From positions 1-54,513 of the IMG/VR virus record IMGVR_UViG_3300032295_002835: a stretch of 54,513 nt of DNA. One strand, given 5' to 3'. How positions within the stretch are numbered: position 1 is the first letter of the stretch; each line of letters starts with the position of its first letter. This document shows positions 1-7,961 of this stretch, piece after piece. A program made the translations under genes and the position numbers. Source of the stretch: a virus (taxonomy: Duplodnaviria; Caudoviricetes). The notes under the pieces were generated by a model that saw nothing but the letters and a program-made list of their open reading frames with translations, searched no databases and had not been told where the DNA came from.

Positions 1-36
1 TAGTTCTTTTGCCGGATAAACGATCCGACCCTCGTA

Positions 37-303
37 CTACAACTGGTCACGCTCGTATTGAGTAAGGTAGTCGTCGTCAACGAGCTCCCAGTCTGCGATT
101 GTTTCTGTAAAGTAGTCGCTGGCTTTTTCAATCTGCTCGCGCATTGCCATCACCGTTGCAATCGCGGCGCTTGGGATAACATCTCGTACAACGTATTCGT
201 CGCCGCCTTTGGCCTTCCAGTAAGCATCGGCGCCCTTGCCAATGGTACCATCTTCACGCCAAGCATAATTCTCGTAAACCTGGGTATAGATCACTAGTTT
301 CAT
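37..303 (-). CDS. hypothetical phage early protein (88 aa)
   Basis: ORF with AAGGAG RBS and consensus sigma70 promoter directly upstream. Confidence 0.8.
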   Translation of the reverse strand: MKLVIYTQVYENYAWREDGTIGKGADAYWKAKGGDEYVVRDVIPSAAIATVMAMREQIEKASDYFTETIADWELVDDDYLTQYERDQL

Positions 304-332
304 TTTTGCTCCTTGTTATTCACTATGACTCT

Positions 333-361
333 ATTATAGCAAATGAGCGAATTTTGGTCAA
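333..361 (-). promoter_or_regulatory. sigma70-type early promoter TTGACC-N17-TATAAT
   Basis: -35 at 356-361, -10 at 333-338, 17-nt spacer; near-identical copies at 27291 and 27706. Confidence 0.8.
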
Positions 362-365
362 ATCT

Positions 366-394
366 GGAAAAATGTTGCAGAATCTGCAACATTT
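366..394 (-). terminator. palindromic hairpin / probable intrinsic terminator
   Basis: AATGTTGCAG-aat-CTGCAACATT 10-bp stem with T run on minus strand, downstream of the 415..855 gene. Confidence 0.5.
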
Positions 395-414
395 GTTGCT
401 GAAATGCTAACAGT

Positions 415-855
415 CTAGGGCATGGGCTGCAAAAGCCAGCCCTGTCCGCTGACCTTGTGCAACCAGTGATAGAAAGGTACTACGCTGTCAAATTCCCATC
501 TTGAGCCTGCGGTGATTTGATTGGGTGTGGTCAATTTCATGTTGCTGTTTTGTAGTACCCAGGCAGTGACTTCTTGACCGTCCACCCAAATACCTTCGAA
601 GTCTATACCGGTGGCAAACAGGTTGTGGCTGCGGCTAGGCACATCATAGTCTTCCACCATGATCGTGATGTAGAACTTGGATCGGGCTGCGGTATAGTGC
701 CGCACTGTCATGGTCTCCCAGACTCTCTGCATCATGACCGGTGCATGATTGATGTACACGCTGACCAAGGGCCAATCTCCACCCACCAGCGGTGACAGTT
801 TGATCTCCACGAGGGGAGAGTAGTCAATAGCCTGCAGTTCTAAGTAGGTCAGCAT
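415..855 (-). CDS. hypothetical protein
   Basis: ORF 415..909; start MLTYLEL (855) preferred because it minimises overlap with the upstream radical SAM gene. Confidence 0.6.
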   Translation of the reverse strand: MLTYLELQAIDYSPLVEIKLSPLVGGDWPLVSVYINHAPVMMQRVWETMTVRHYTAARSKFYITIMVEDYDVPSRSHNLFATGIDFEGIWVDGQEVTAWVLQNSNMKLTTPNQITAGSRWEFDSVVPFYHWLHKVSGQGWLLQPMP

Positions 856-2101
856 ATTGGGGGAGATATTCCAAAACAGAGTTGCCACGATTGCGATCAA
901 GCCGGGCAAGATGTCGTGCTAGGTCTGGCAAGCGATGGCTTTCGTCTGGTGCGGTACGCAGATAGTCACAGTAACTGGCAAGGTCTTGTGTGAGTTGTGC
1001 GCGGGTTTGACTGGGGTCGCGAGTGTTGATGATCTGTGACTGAGTCTTGGGCCGCTGCTGATACCAGGCCTGCATGGCATCGGCAATGCTTTGTCTCACC
1101 GGCTGTGGCAGCACCGTGGGACGCATGAACGCAGGATTTTCCAAAAAGTTACAACTTTCCACAGGCAGGTTGTTTTGCCAAGCATAGTCATAAACGGTCA
1201 ACACATTGGCCACTGACAGGCAGGTGGGTGTGGTTCTCAATTGGCCATACCAGCCATGCAGCAAAATCAAGTCACGCCAGCGATCCAGATTCTCCAGCAC
1301 AGAGTCAATGCGACTGGGCCAACGCACATAGTCGTTTACCCTGTCCAGGCACTCCACACTCATGCCCACATGAACGTCTTGAAATTCGCTCAATAGATCC
1401 GTGATGTCCGGATCCCACACAGTGAGATTGGTAGTGAAACCCAGCGTGATTTTTCTGCTACGTTCCGTGGCCACTAGTTCGTCAAGTATGGTGCGGAAGG
1501 CCGGGGTGATCAAGGTTTCGCCGCCAATAAAGTGCAGATACTTCACCGGCGATTGATCCAAAGCTTCGATGAATCTAGCTACCAGTGCAGGATCACTGCT
1601 CCAGTTGGCTGCTGGCAGTTGGTCAATCATGCCCAGTCTAAGATACTCTGTTGCCAATCTGCTGCTGGCTTCGGGCACACAGAACACACAGGCACTGTTG
1701 CAGTGATTGCCAAGATGCACTTGCCAATCCTGAGGCATCTGCTGGGTATTGCCCTGTTGATCAACACTATGCATGAACACCGGATGCCAATCACTGTTGA
1801 CAGCAGTGGGCACAAAATGGTCAGTGCGAATGCCGGTCTTGAGCAACTGCTTCTGACGCCCGCTGACCTTGACATGCTGTTCCATGATCTGGCAAGAACC
1901 GCAGCCCTGGGGCAACTGTCCTTGCAGCAGTTGCCAGCGTACGGGTGCCAGCTGTTGTTGAAAGAAATCCTGCGGTGTGGTTTCGCGAATGTTTGCTGGC
2001 ACCGGCGGCGCACCAAAATTCCACCTGCAGTAGTCCATGGTTCCGTCGTTGAGAATCTGCATGTGAAACCATGGACTGCTGCAGAAGTGTTTTTCAATCA
2101 T
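824..2101 (-). CDS. radical SAM protein with N-terminal twitch/SPASM-like Cys domain
   Basis: CNSACVFC (CxxxCxxC), GGET and TTN motifs; N-terminal FCSSPW...C...CGSC. Confidence 0.85.
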   Translation of the reverse strand: MIEKHFCSSPWFHMQILNDGTMDYCRWNFGAPPVPANIRETTPQDFFQQQLAPVRWQLLQGQLPQGCGSCQIMEQHVKVSGRQKQLLKTGIRTDHFVPTAVNSDWHPVFMHSVDQQGNTQQMPQDWQVHLGNHCNSACVFCVPEASSRLATEYLRLGMIDQLPAANWSSDPALVARFIEALDQSPVKYLHFIGGETLITPAFRTILDELVATERSRKITLGFTTNLTVWDPDITDLLSEFQDVHVGMSVECLDRVNDYVRWPSRIDSVLENLDRWRDLILLHGWYGQLRTTPTCLSVANVLTVYDYAWQNNLPVESCNFLENPAFMRPTVLPQPVRQSIADAMQAWYQQRPKTQSQIINTRDPSQTRAQLTQDLASYCDYLRTAPDESHRLPDLARHLARLDRNRGNSVLEYLPQYADLLRTAGY

Positions 2102-2142
2102 GTGTGCGTTGTGCTAAGTACATAATACTTGATTTATCAATC

Positions 2143-3702
2143 ATGCGCGATATCCTAAACAAACTGATCACAATTACTGAATCTGTGGGCTTGGCCAACC
2201 GCAAACCCGGGGAGGTTTTTGCCAATGACCAGGGCAACGAAATCCGTTTTCAACAGGTGGATTTTTATCCACAGGGCGGCGGCAAGTATAAAAACGCTCA
2301 ACAGATGCAGCAGGCCATGGACGAAGTTATTGAAATGATTGGTGTTTTACCACAGCAAGTCAACTCATACAACCCACGATACTTGTCATTTGGTGTTGCG
2401 CAGTTCATTGATTCGCGTGGCAAGCCCATGGCTTTTATGAAGTTTTACCCCGAAGTCAAGGCCGATCCCCGAGCCAATGCTTGGGATAATCAAACCGGAC
2501 TGCCCGGATATCGCTATCGTGGTCGTGCCGCTGTGAAAACACAGAGTTCAGCCACACCACAAGACATTCTAACCAAACTGGATGATCTCACTGCTGCAGA
2601 CATAGTAAATCAGGTTGCGGCCAAATTCCCCAACAGCAGCCTGGTCACTGTGACTCAACACATTGCACAAGGCGGCGAATTGCCCTACACCTTTGATGCT
2701 CCTGCAGAAATGGACATATCAGCATTTCAAGACTATTTTTGCGAACTGTTGCAGCCCATGGCACTTCAGACCGGTCAATACACCGGAGAAGCCTCAGACG
2801 CAGCAGAAGTTTTCTTGCCGGGCACAGGATTTGCCGACACCTTGATCAGTTTTGGAAAAAACAAGACCGAAGGACTCAGCGACAGCATAATGACAGCCGC
2901 AGATGGTCGAAGCATCAAGGTCAGCAGCAAAGGTGGCAGTGGAGCTGCTGCCAGCAGCAAGAACATTCTTGATGCCTATCAAGAACTGCAAAAGTCGCCC
3001 AAGAATCGACGACTGTTGAAAACTTTGCAGGACACCACGGCCTTGATTGAAACCATGGTGGAAGCTGGACAACACGGTGCGCCGCTGGAACTGGGTTTAC
3101 AGTACGGTATTATATCGGCTAAGGACAGTGATTACATCCAAGCTCTGCGAGGTGCTTCGCCTAAACCATTGGCGTCACTCAAAGACGTCTCTGTCATGGG
3201 CAAGGATCCCAGCAAAAATCTTTTGAAGTTGGCCAATTCACGCACCACAAAAACTCCCGAAAAGGTCAACCTCTATTTCCATCTCATGGCCGCAGTGGCA
3301 CAGAAGGTGGTTGATCATATCAACGAACACACCAGTTTTGGCAAGGACGCTGCTGTGATATTGAACCACAGTGCCTTGATACAGATGTACTCACAGGTCA
3401 AGTCCTCAGGTGATAGTTGGACTTTGCAGAAGTTTTCTACCAAATGGCCAGGCAGTCTGGTCACAGGTGTGGCACTGGATGCCAAGAAAAACTACATGAG
3501 CACCAACATCAAAGGCAATTTTACCTTTGTATTGAATCCCACCAAACAAGATCTCAAGCCAGACACCGGCAAAGATGACATTGGTCCAGACAGTGATCAG
3601 GAAGAGCCAAAGAAAACCCGGCTGCAGGGACCGGGAGTGAAAGCTGCCAAAACAGCAGCCGCTAAAGATACGCCTCAGGTACTGGGACGCAAACGCCGTT
3701 GA
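2143..3702 (+). CDS. hypothetical phage protein (possible internal virion protein, nuclease-like motif)
   Basis: Long ORF; ATG at 2143; E...LSDS...VSSK pattern; Lys/Ala-rich tail. Confidence 0.75.
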   Translation: MRDILNKLITITESVGLANRKPGEVFANDQGNEIRFQQVDFYPQGGGKYKNAQQMQQAMDEVIEMIGVLPQQVNSYNPRYLSFGVAQFIDSRGKPMAFMKFYPEVKADPRANAWDNQTGLPGYRYRGRAAVKTQSSATPQDILTKLDDLTAADIVNQVAAKFPNSSLVTVTQHIAQGGELPYTFDAPAEMDISAFQDYFCELLQPMALQTGQYTGEASDAAEVFLPGTGFADTLISFGKNKTEGLSDSIMTAADGRSIKVSSKGGSGAAASSKNILDAYQELQKSPKNRRLLKTLQDTTALIETMVEAGQHGAPLELGLQYGIISAKDSDYIQALRGASPKPLASLKDVSVMGKDPSKNLLKLANSRTTKTPEKVNLYFHLMAAVAQKVVDHINEHTSFGKDAAVILNHSALIQMYSQVKSSGDSWTLQKFSTKWPGSLVTGVALDAKKNYMSTNIKGNFTFVLNPTKQDLKPDTGKDDIGPDSDQEEPKKTRLQGPGVKAAKTAAAKDTPQVLGRKRR

Positions 3703-4263
3703 TTAGATCATGGCCACATGATCACAGATGTTGAGACTTCGAGCTTCTTGAGCATCCAGCCACACATCATGTGGTGGCAACAATTTTTGTCGTATTACTT
3801 CTTCACTTAATCCAGTACACTGCTGATACAATGACAGCATACGCTGTTGTGTTAATTCAAATTCTTTGATGGTTGCAAACAGTTCATGAGCCTTGCCATC
3901 GCTGCCCCAGTTGAACTGATGACTCAAGATACTGGTATTGGGTGTGAGAACCCGACGCCCAGGTGCACCAGCCAAAAATATCATGAGAGCTGCCGATGCA
4001 ATCTGACCCAGTCCTACGGTCTTGACTGGCACTCGACTGCTGCGCATGACATCAATCAAGGCAAAAGCCGATGACATATCCCCACCCTCGCTGCACAACA
4101 TCAACAGCAACTCTTTGCGACGTTTCTTGTTTACAAAGTTTTCTTGAAGAATCCACTCCACCACAGGCTTCACTGACTCTGTGTTCACTTCACCCATGAA
4201 CACGTAGATGCCAGTGTCCTGCAGAGTTGTGTTTGTGGTGTCTTGTTCGTTGGTATTTGGCAT
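3703..4263 (-). CDS. clpP: ClpP-family protease subunit
   Basis: SEGG, IASAA (catalytic Ser), ILSHQ (His), HDVWL (Asp); start MPNT at 4263 (4281 alternative). Confidence 0.85.
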   Translation of the reverse strand: MPNTNEQDTTNTTLQDTGIYVFMGEVNTESVKPVVEWILQENFVNKKRRKELLLMLCSEGGDMSSAFALIDVMRSSRVPVKTVGLGQIASAALMIFLAGAPGRRVLTPNTSILSHQFNWGSDGKAHELFATIKEFELTQQRMLSLYQQCTGLSEEVIRQKLLPPHDVWLDAQEARSLNICDHVAMI

Positions 4264-4268
4264 AATGG

Positions 4269-4293
4269 AAAACAGGTGCATTGCTGCACCTGT
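4269..4293 (-). terminator. intrinsic terminator-like hairpin
   Basis: ACAGGTGCA-gcaa-TGCACCTGT followed by TTT on minus strand, after the lipoprotein cluster. Confidence 0.55.
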
Positions 4294-4310
4294 GCTTTAG
4301 AACATGTTAA

Positions 4311-4868
4311 TCATCGCTTGTCCATCTCGCGGAACACTTCAGCACTGCGCTGTTCGGCCTGTTGTTGTGCCCGGATGTTGTCTTTGCGTTTTACAATGGC
4401 ATTGGCATCACCAGTAGGCAGTGCCACTAGCACATAACTGCGGAATCTAGTGCCTTCGGCCACACGCTTGACTTCCACAGTTTCAACACCAGAAATGTCA
4501 ACACTGCGGCACAGGCTGCGGATTGCCATGTCGCTGCTCTCTACGCTGGTGTCTGTGAGATCATTACGATACACAGTGCTGCGCTGGTCAACTTCACCGC
4601 CTGCTGCCATACAGATCTTGCCATAGGCCATGACCTTGGCCTTGTTGTCTGCCATGGTAAAGTCCGCACTGGTTGCTGTGCCATTGGCATAGACTGCTGC
4701 GTTGCTCTTGGGCAGTTCGGTCATCCACTTGGGTGCCTTGTCAATGGCACGTTCGGTGTAGCGTTCTTGCCGTGTGCGCTCTTCATCAACGCGGCGTTGA
4801 TAAGGATCGCTGCTGCTGCAACCCACCACAGTCATGGCAACCAAACTGGTACATAAAAGTCGTTTCAT
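4311..4868 (-). CDS. lipoprotein (LPP20-like)
   Basis: MKRLL...VVGC lipobox; APKW motif; AAGGA RBS before ATG 4868. Confidence 0.75.
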   Translation of the reverse strand: MKRLLCTSLVAMTVVGCSSSDPYQRRVDEERTRQERYTERAIDKAPKWMTELPKSNAAVYANGTATSADFTMADNKAKVMAYGKICMAAGGEVDQRSTVYRNDLTDTSVESSDMAIRSLCRSVDISGVETVEVKRVAEGTRFRSYVLVALPTGDANAIVKRKDNIRAQQQAEQRSAEVFREMDKR

Positions 4869-4876
4869 GTTAGTCC

Positions 4877-4999
4877 TTAACGAGTTTTGATCCACTCACC
4901 GGCTTTCTGTAAATCACTGCCGGCACCACTCACAGCACCGCCCATGGTACCACATCCTGTCAGGGCAGCAACAAAAACAAAAATCACACAAGATTTCAT
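4877..4999 (-). CDS. small entericidin EcnA/B-like lipoprotein (40 aa, not in ORF track)
   Basis: MKSCVIFVFVAALTGCGTMGGAVSGAGSDLQKAGEWIKTR; LTGC lipobox; GAGxDLQ.AG pattern; GGAGG RBS. Confidence 0.75.
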   Translation of the reverse strand: MKSCVIFVFVAALTGCGTMGGAVSGAGSDLQKAGEWIKTR

Positions 5000-5023
5000 A
5001 CAGCCTCCATTTTACAGCAAGTG

Positions 5024-5593
5024 TTAAAATTTGTCAACCACAATCCAGCCATCTTCAGCTACCTGGCATACCACACCCTGATAAGTGTAGATGTCGCGAT
5101 TACGAAATGCACTTTCCAAAAACCATCGGCACTGAGCACCGTTGTGCCAAAATCTGTTGGGGAACTCAGAATGCGGCCTAAACTGATGCAGTCGACCTGT
5201 GGTGCCAACCTGAGTGTTGCGTAGTGTGCCAGCATCAGGTGCATCCGTACATACCAATACCTGTTGCGAAGCCACATGAGCCGGACGCAGTTGATTGCGC
5301 AGACTTTGTTCGGCTCGTTTCATGGCCACAGCACAGGCCTCCTCACGTGGACGATCCCCGGGCCAATCATACTGTCCGGTGGCCCAGTGCCAGGTAGAAT
5401 CAACTCTGGCACGGAAGTTAACAATGCAACGTTGACCACCGTCGGGTGCAGGAACCACTTCACGTCGGATGTTGCTGCGCTCTTGCACCACAACCACAGC
5501 ATCAGTCACAGTACGGTCTTGCATCACACATTCACTGCCAAAGGCCACCAATGGCAACAGCATTAGAGCTGCTGTAAATTTCAATTGCCGCAT
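5024..5593 (-). CDS. secreted Cys-containing hypothetical protein
   Basis: Signal peptide (…VAFG); several Cys; 189 aa. Confidence 0.75.
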   Translation of the reverse strand: MRQLKFTAALMLLPLVAFGSECVMQDRTVTDAVVVVQERSNIRREVVPAPDGGQRCIVNFRARVDSTWHWATGQYDWPGDRPREEACAVAMKRAEQSLRNQLRPAHVASQQVLVCTDAPDAGTLRNTQVGTTGRLHQFRPHSEFPNRFWHNGAQCRWFLESAFRNRDIYTYQGVVCQVAEDGWIVVDKF

Positions 5594-5931
5594 AGTGATA
5601 ACCTAAAAAGTTTGTCGTTCACATACATGTTGGTGTTACCCCAACCCACACTGGCATCAGCATCATGTGCGGCAGGATCAGTGAACATGCGCCAGGGTTG
5701 AAGCGCGGTTCTGGCCCGTGCTGCAAATTCTTCGTTTTGTGTGGTTCGCATGCTCTGCAACTGTTCTGTCTGTCGTTGTTTGTCTCGGCAGGAAATCTGA
5801 TAGCGGTTCATGTCATCCACATGCATGGGCACTCGTGCGCGATCAGGTGCTGTGGCACAACCACTACACAGGCTGACAGTTATAACGCACAGTCCAAATA
5901 CGCTTTTTGATAATGGCTTGAGTGTTTTCAT
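5581..5931 (-). CDS. putative lipoprotein
   Basis: Hydrophobic N-terminus ending CSGC; coupled to neighbours. Confidence 0.7.
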   Translation of the reverse strand: MKTLKPLSKSVFGLCVITVSLCSGCATAPDRARVPMHVDDMNRYQISCRDKQRQTEQLQSMRTTQNEEFAARARTALQPWRMFTDPAAHDADASVGWGNTNMYVNDKLFRLSLCGN

Positions 5932-6121
5932 ATTGTTGCTGGCTTTCTAAAGAACTACGTGGAATAGCGGCCTGTGTCTCCAACCATCTCAGTGTGGCCA
6001 CCCGATTGGCACAGTCATTGGGCATGACCTGCACTGCCACAGGGTCTACCATGCTCACTGGAGCAGTCATACAGCCTGTGGTCAAGACAGCACAGGCTGT
6101 CAACAAAATGATAGCTCTCAT
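5864..6121 (-). CDS. putative lipoprotein
   Basis: MRAIILLTACAVLTTGC lipobox; ATG at 6121 immediately after upstream stop. Confidence 0.7.
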   Translation of the reverse strand: MRAIILLTACAVLTTGCMTAPVSMVDPVAVQVMPNDCANRVATLRWLETQAAIPRSSLESQQQYENTQAIIKKRIWTVRYNCQPV

Positions 6122-6122
6122 G

Positions 6123-6278
6123 TCAAATCCAGACCTGACGAACTTGATGTTTGTCGCGACGCTGATAGGTCTTGCGATTGCGTTCCTGACGAGCACGAAA
6201 CGGAGTATCCGCTGCATACAGCTCAACCGCACGACGTCGCTTGCGCGGCACCAAAAATTGTAGAGTTGTGTTTTTCAT
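6123..6278 (-). CDS. small basic protein, ArfA-like (51 aa, not in ORF track)
   Basis: MKNTTLQFLVPRKRRRAVELYAADTPFRARQERNRKTYQRRDKHQVRQVWI; first ORF after promoter 6311-6339. Confidence 0.6.
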   Translation of the reverse strand: MKNTTLQFLVPRKRRRAVELYAADTPFRARQERNRKTYQRRDKHQVRQVWI

Positions 6279-6310
6279 AATATGATAGAAAAATCCCAAT
6301 CAATGCACCT

Positions 6311-6339
6311 ATTGTACACGGACTGGGATTTTAGGTCAA
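6311..6339 (-). promoter_or_regulatory. sigma70-type promoter TTGACC-N17-TACAAT
   Basis: -35 6334-6339, -10 6311-6316; -10 lies in the loop of inverted repeat AAAATCCCA...TGGGATTTT. Confidence 0.7.
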
Positions 6340-6366
6340 ATCTTGCAAATGTTGCTAGATCAGCAA

Positions 6367-6633
6367 TTATTTGCCCTTGTTGTAGGCTGTCATGATGCCT
6401 TCGCCAAATTTCATGTAGTCAAATTTGGTAGCTTCTTTTTGAGCCTTGATGGTTTCATTCAGCACTGCTGTGGCAGTGTCAATACCGACCTTGAAAGCTT
6501 CTTTGGTGTACTTGGTCTGTGCATCAATAAAGTCGGTGAGAGCGGTGCTCACTGCCTGGTTGGTCACAAAGCTTTTGACCATGAGTTTTTTGTTGTCTTG
6601 CACGGTGTCAATCACAGTTTCATATCCAAACAT
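6367..6633 (-). CDS. small helical protein, phasin-like
   Basis: 88 aa amphipathic Ala/Thr/Lys-rich helices; AAGGAG RBS; PhaR-like box upstream. Confidence 0.6.
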   Translation of the reverse strand: MFGYETVIDTVQDNKKLMVKSFVTNQAVSTALTDFIDAQTKYTKEAFKVGIDTATAVLNETIKAQKEATKFDYMKFGEGIMTAYNKGK

Positions 6634-6695
6634 TGGAATCTCCTTGTTGAAAACTTCGGAACAGCACCTGCTGCTCCTGGTGTTTTATTTAGCTG

Positions 6696-6724
6696 AGTAT
6701 ATGCTGCATTGCACAAAATGTCAA
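6696..6724 (-). promoter_or_regulatory. sigma70 promoter TTGACA-N17-TATACT containing a PhaR-like box
   Basis: -35 6719-6724, -10 6696-6701; spacer carries TGCTGCATTGCACA. Confidence 0.65.
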
Positions 6725-6786
6725 GTTTTTTTGGCGAAATACAGTTTGCACCAAAAAATCAAGTAAATACAACAAAGGAGATATCT

Positions 6787-7038
6787 ATGCTTAAGGCCAT
6801 TTTCAACTGGTTCAATCACAAACAACCTGCTCCAGAAGCACTAGCACCTGCGGTGCAACCCGAAGCAGCACCTTACAAAATTGAGCCACCTGTGGTACCG
6901 GTTCTGGTAGGCATGCCCGAACCTGTTGCTGTGGCAGAACCAGCAGCACCAGTCAAAAAACCACGCACCAAGAAAACCGTGGAAAAAACCGCTGAGGAAC
7001 CCAAACCCCGACGTACCCGCAAAAAAGCAGCGGGCTAA
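6787..7038 (+). CDS. Pro/Ala/Lys-rich small protein
   Basis: TAAATA box and AAGGAG RBS precede ATG 6787; basic low-complexity C-terminus. Confidence 0.75.
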   Translation: MLKAIFNWFNHKQPAPEALAPAVQPEAAPYKIEPPVVPVLVGMPEPVAVAEPAAPVKKPRTKKTVEKTAEEPKPRRTRKKAAG

Positions 7039-7042
7039 ACCA

Positions 7043-7132
7043 ACACCCTTAGGACCGTAACTCTGTTACGAGGTGTACCCGGCTGCTGGGGTTAGGAGTA
7101 GCGATTCGCTACCGCGAAACTAAAAAGTGAGC
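7043..7132 (+). ncRNA. candidate structured RNA upstream of desaturase
   Basis: Stems ACACC/GGTGT, CGTAAC/GTTACG, CCC/GGG, GTAGCG/CGCTAC, TTAG/CTAA fill the intergenic gap. Confidence 0.5.
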
Positions 7133-7138
7133 AAATTC

Positions 7139-7846
7139 ATGCTAGAAGTTCTTTACACACTGATAGTCACCCACATAACCATAATGTCGGTGACTCTGTA
7201 TCTGCATCGCTGCCAGGCGCACCGCTCGGTGGAATTTCATCCTGTGATCACACATTTCATGCGTTTTTGGTTGTGGCTGACCACTGGTATGGTTACAAAA
7301 CAATGGGTAGCAGTTCATCGCAAACATCACAGATTCTGTGAGCAGACTGAAGATCCACACAGTCCGCATCAGGTGGGACTATGGCGTGTGCTATTTGGAG
7401 GAGCCCTGTTGTATCATGCTGCCAGTAAAGACACAGAAATGGTCAACACTTAAGGTGTTGGCACTCCTGATGATTGGATCGAGCGTCGCATATACACGCC
7501 TCACAGCAGACTTGGCATTGGTATTCTCTTTGTGCTCAACTTTGCCGTCTTTGGTTGGATTGGCGCCATAATCTGGCTGGTACAGATGTTGTGGATTCCG
7601 TTTTGGGCAGCAGGTGTTATAAATGGCCTAGCGCACTGGTGGGGATATCGCAACGGTGAAACTCGAGATCAAAGTCGCAACATCTTTCCCTGGGGCATCA
7701 TTGTGGGCGGCGAAGAGCTGCACAACAATCACCATCTAGCACCGGGCAGTGCCCGTCTCAGTATCCGGCCCTGGGAGTTTGACCTGGGCTGGTTCTATAT
7801 CTGTCTGCTTAATACACTAGGATTGTCTCGCACTAGACCCACGTAA
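7139..7846 (+). pseudogene. desA: membrane fatty-acid (delta-9 type) desaturase interrupted by in-frame TAA at 7451-7453
   Basis: His boxes HRCQAH, HRKHH, HNNHH; frame continues ...MVNT*GVGTPDDWIERRIYTPHSRLG..., joining the two track ORFs. Confidence 0.85.
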
Positions 7847-7961
7847 ATACGTAAGACCAGTTCCACCTATAAAAATTCTAAAGGAACAAAATGTCGTACG
7901 TGATCAGTCATGAGCTGATTTTGCCCGTGGGGGGCGGTGTTAGATTCGGGGGTTCAATGGC

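Noticed and set aside
7451-7453. Genome-wide stop-codon reassignment
   Set aside because: TAA, TAG and TGA all end intact conserved genes here; only one gene is interrupted
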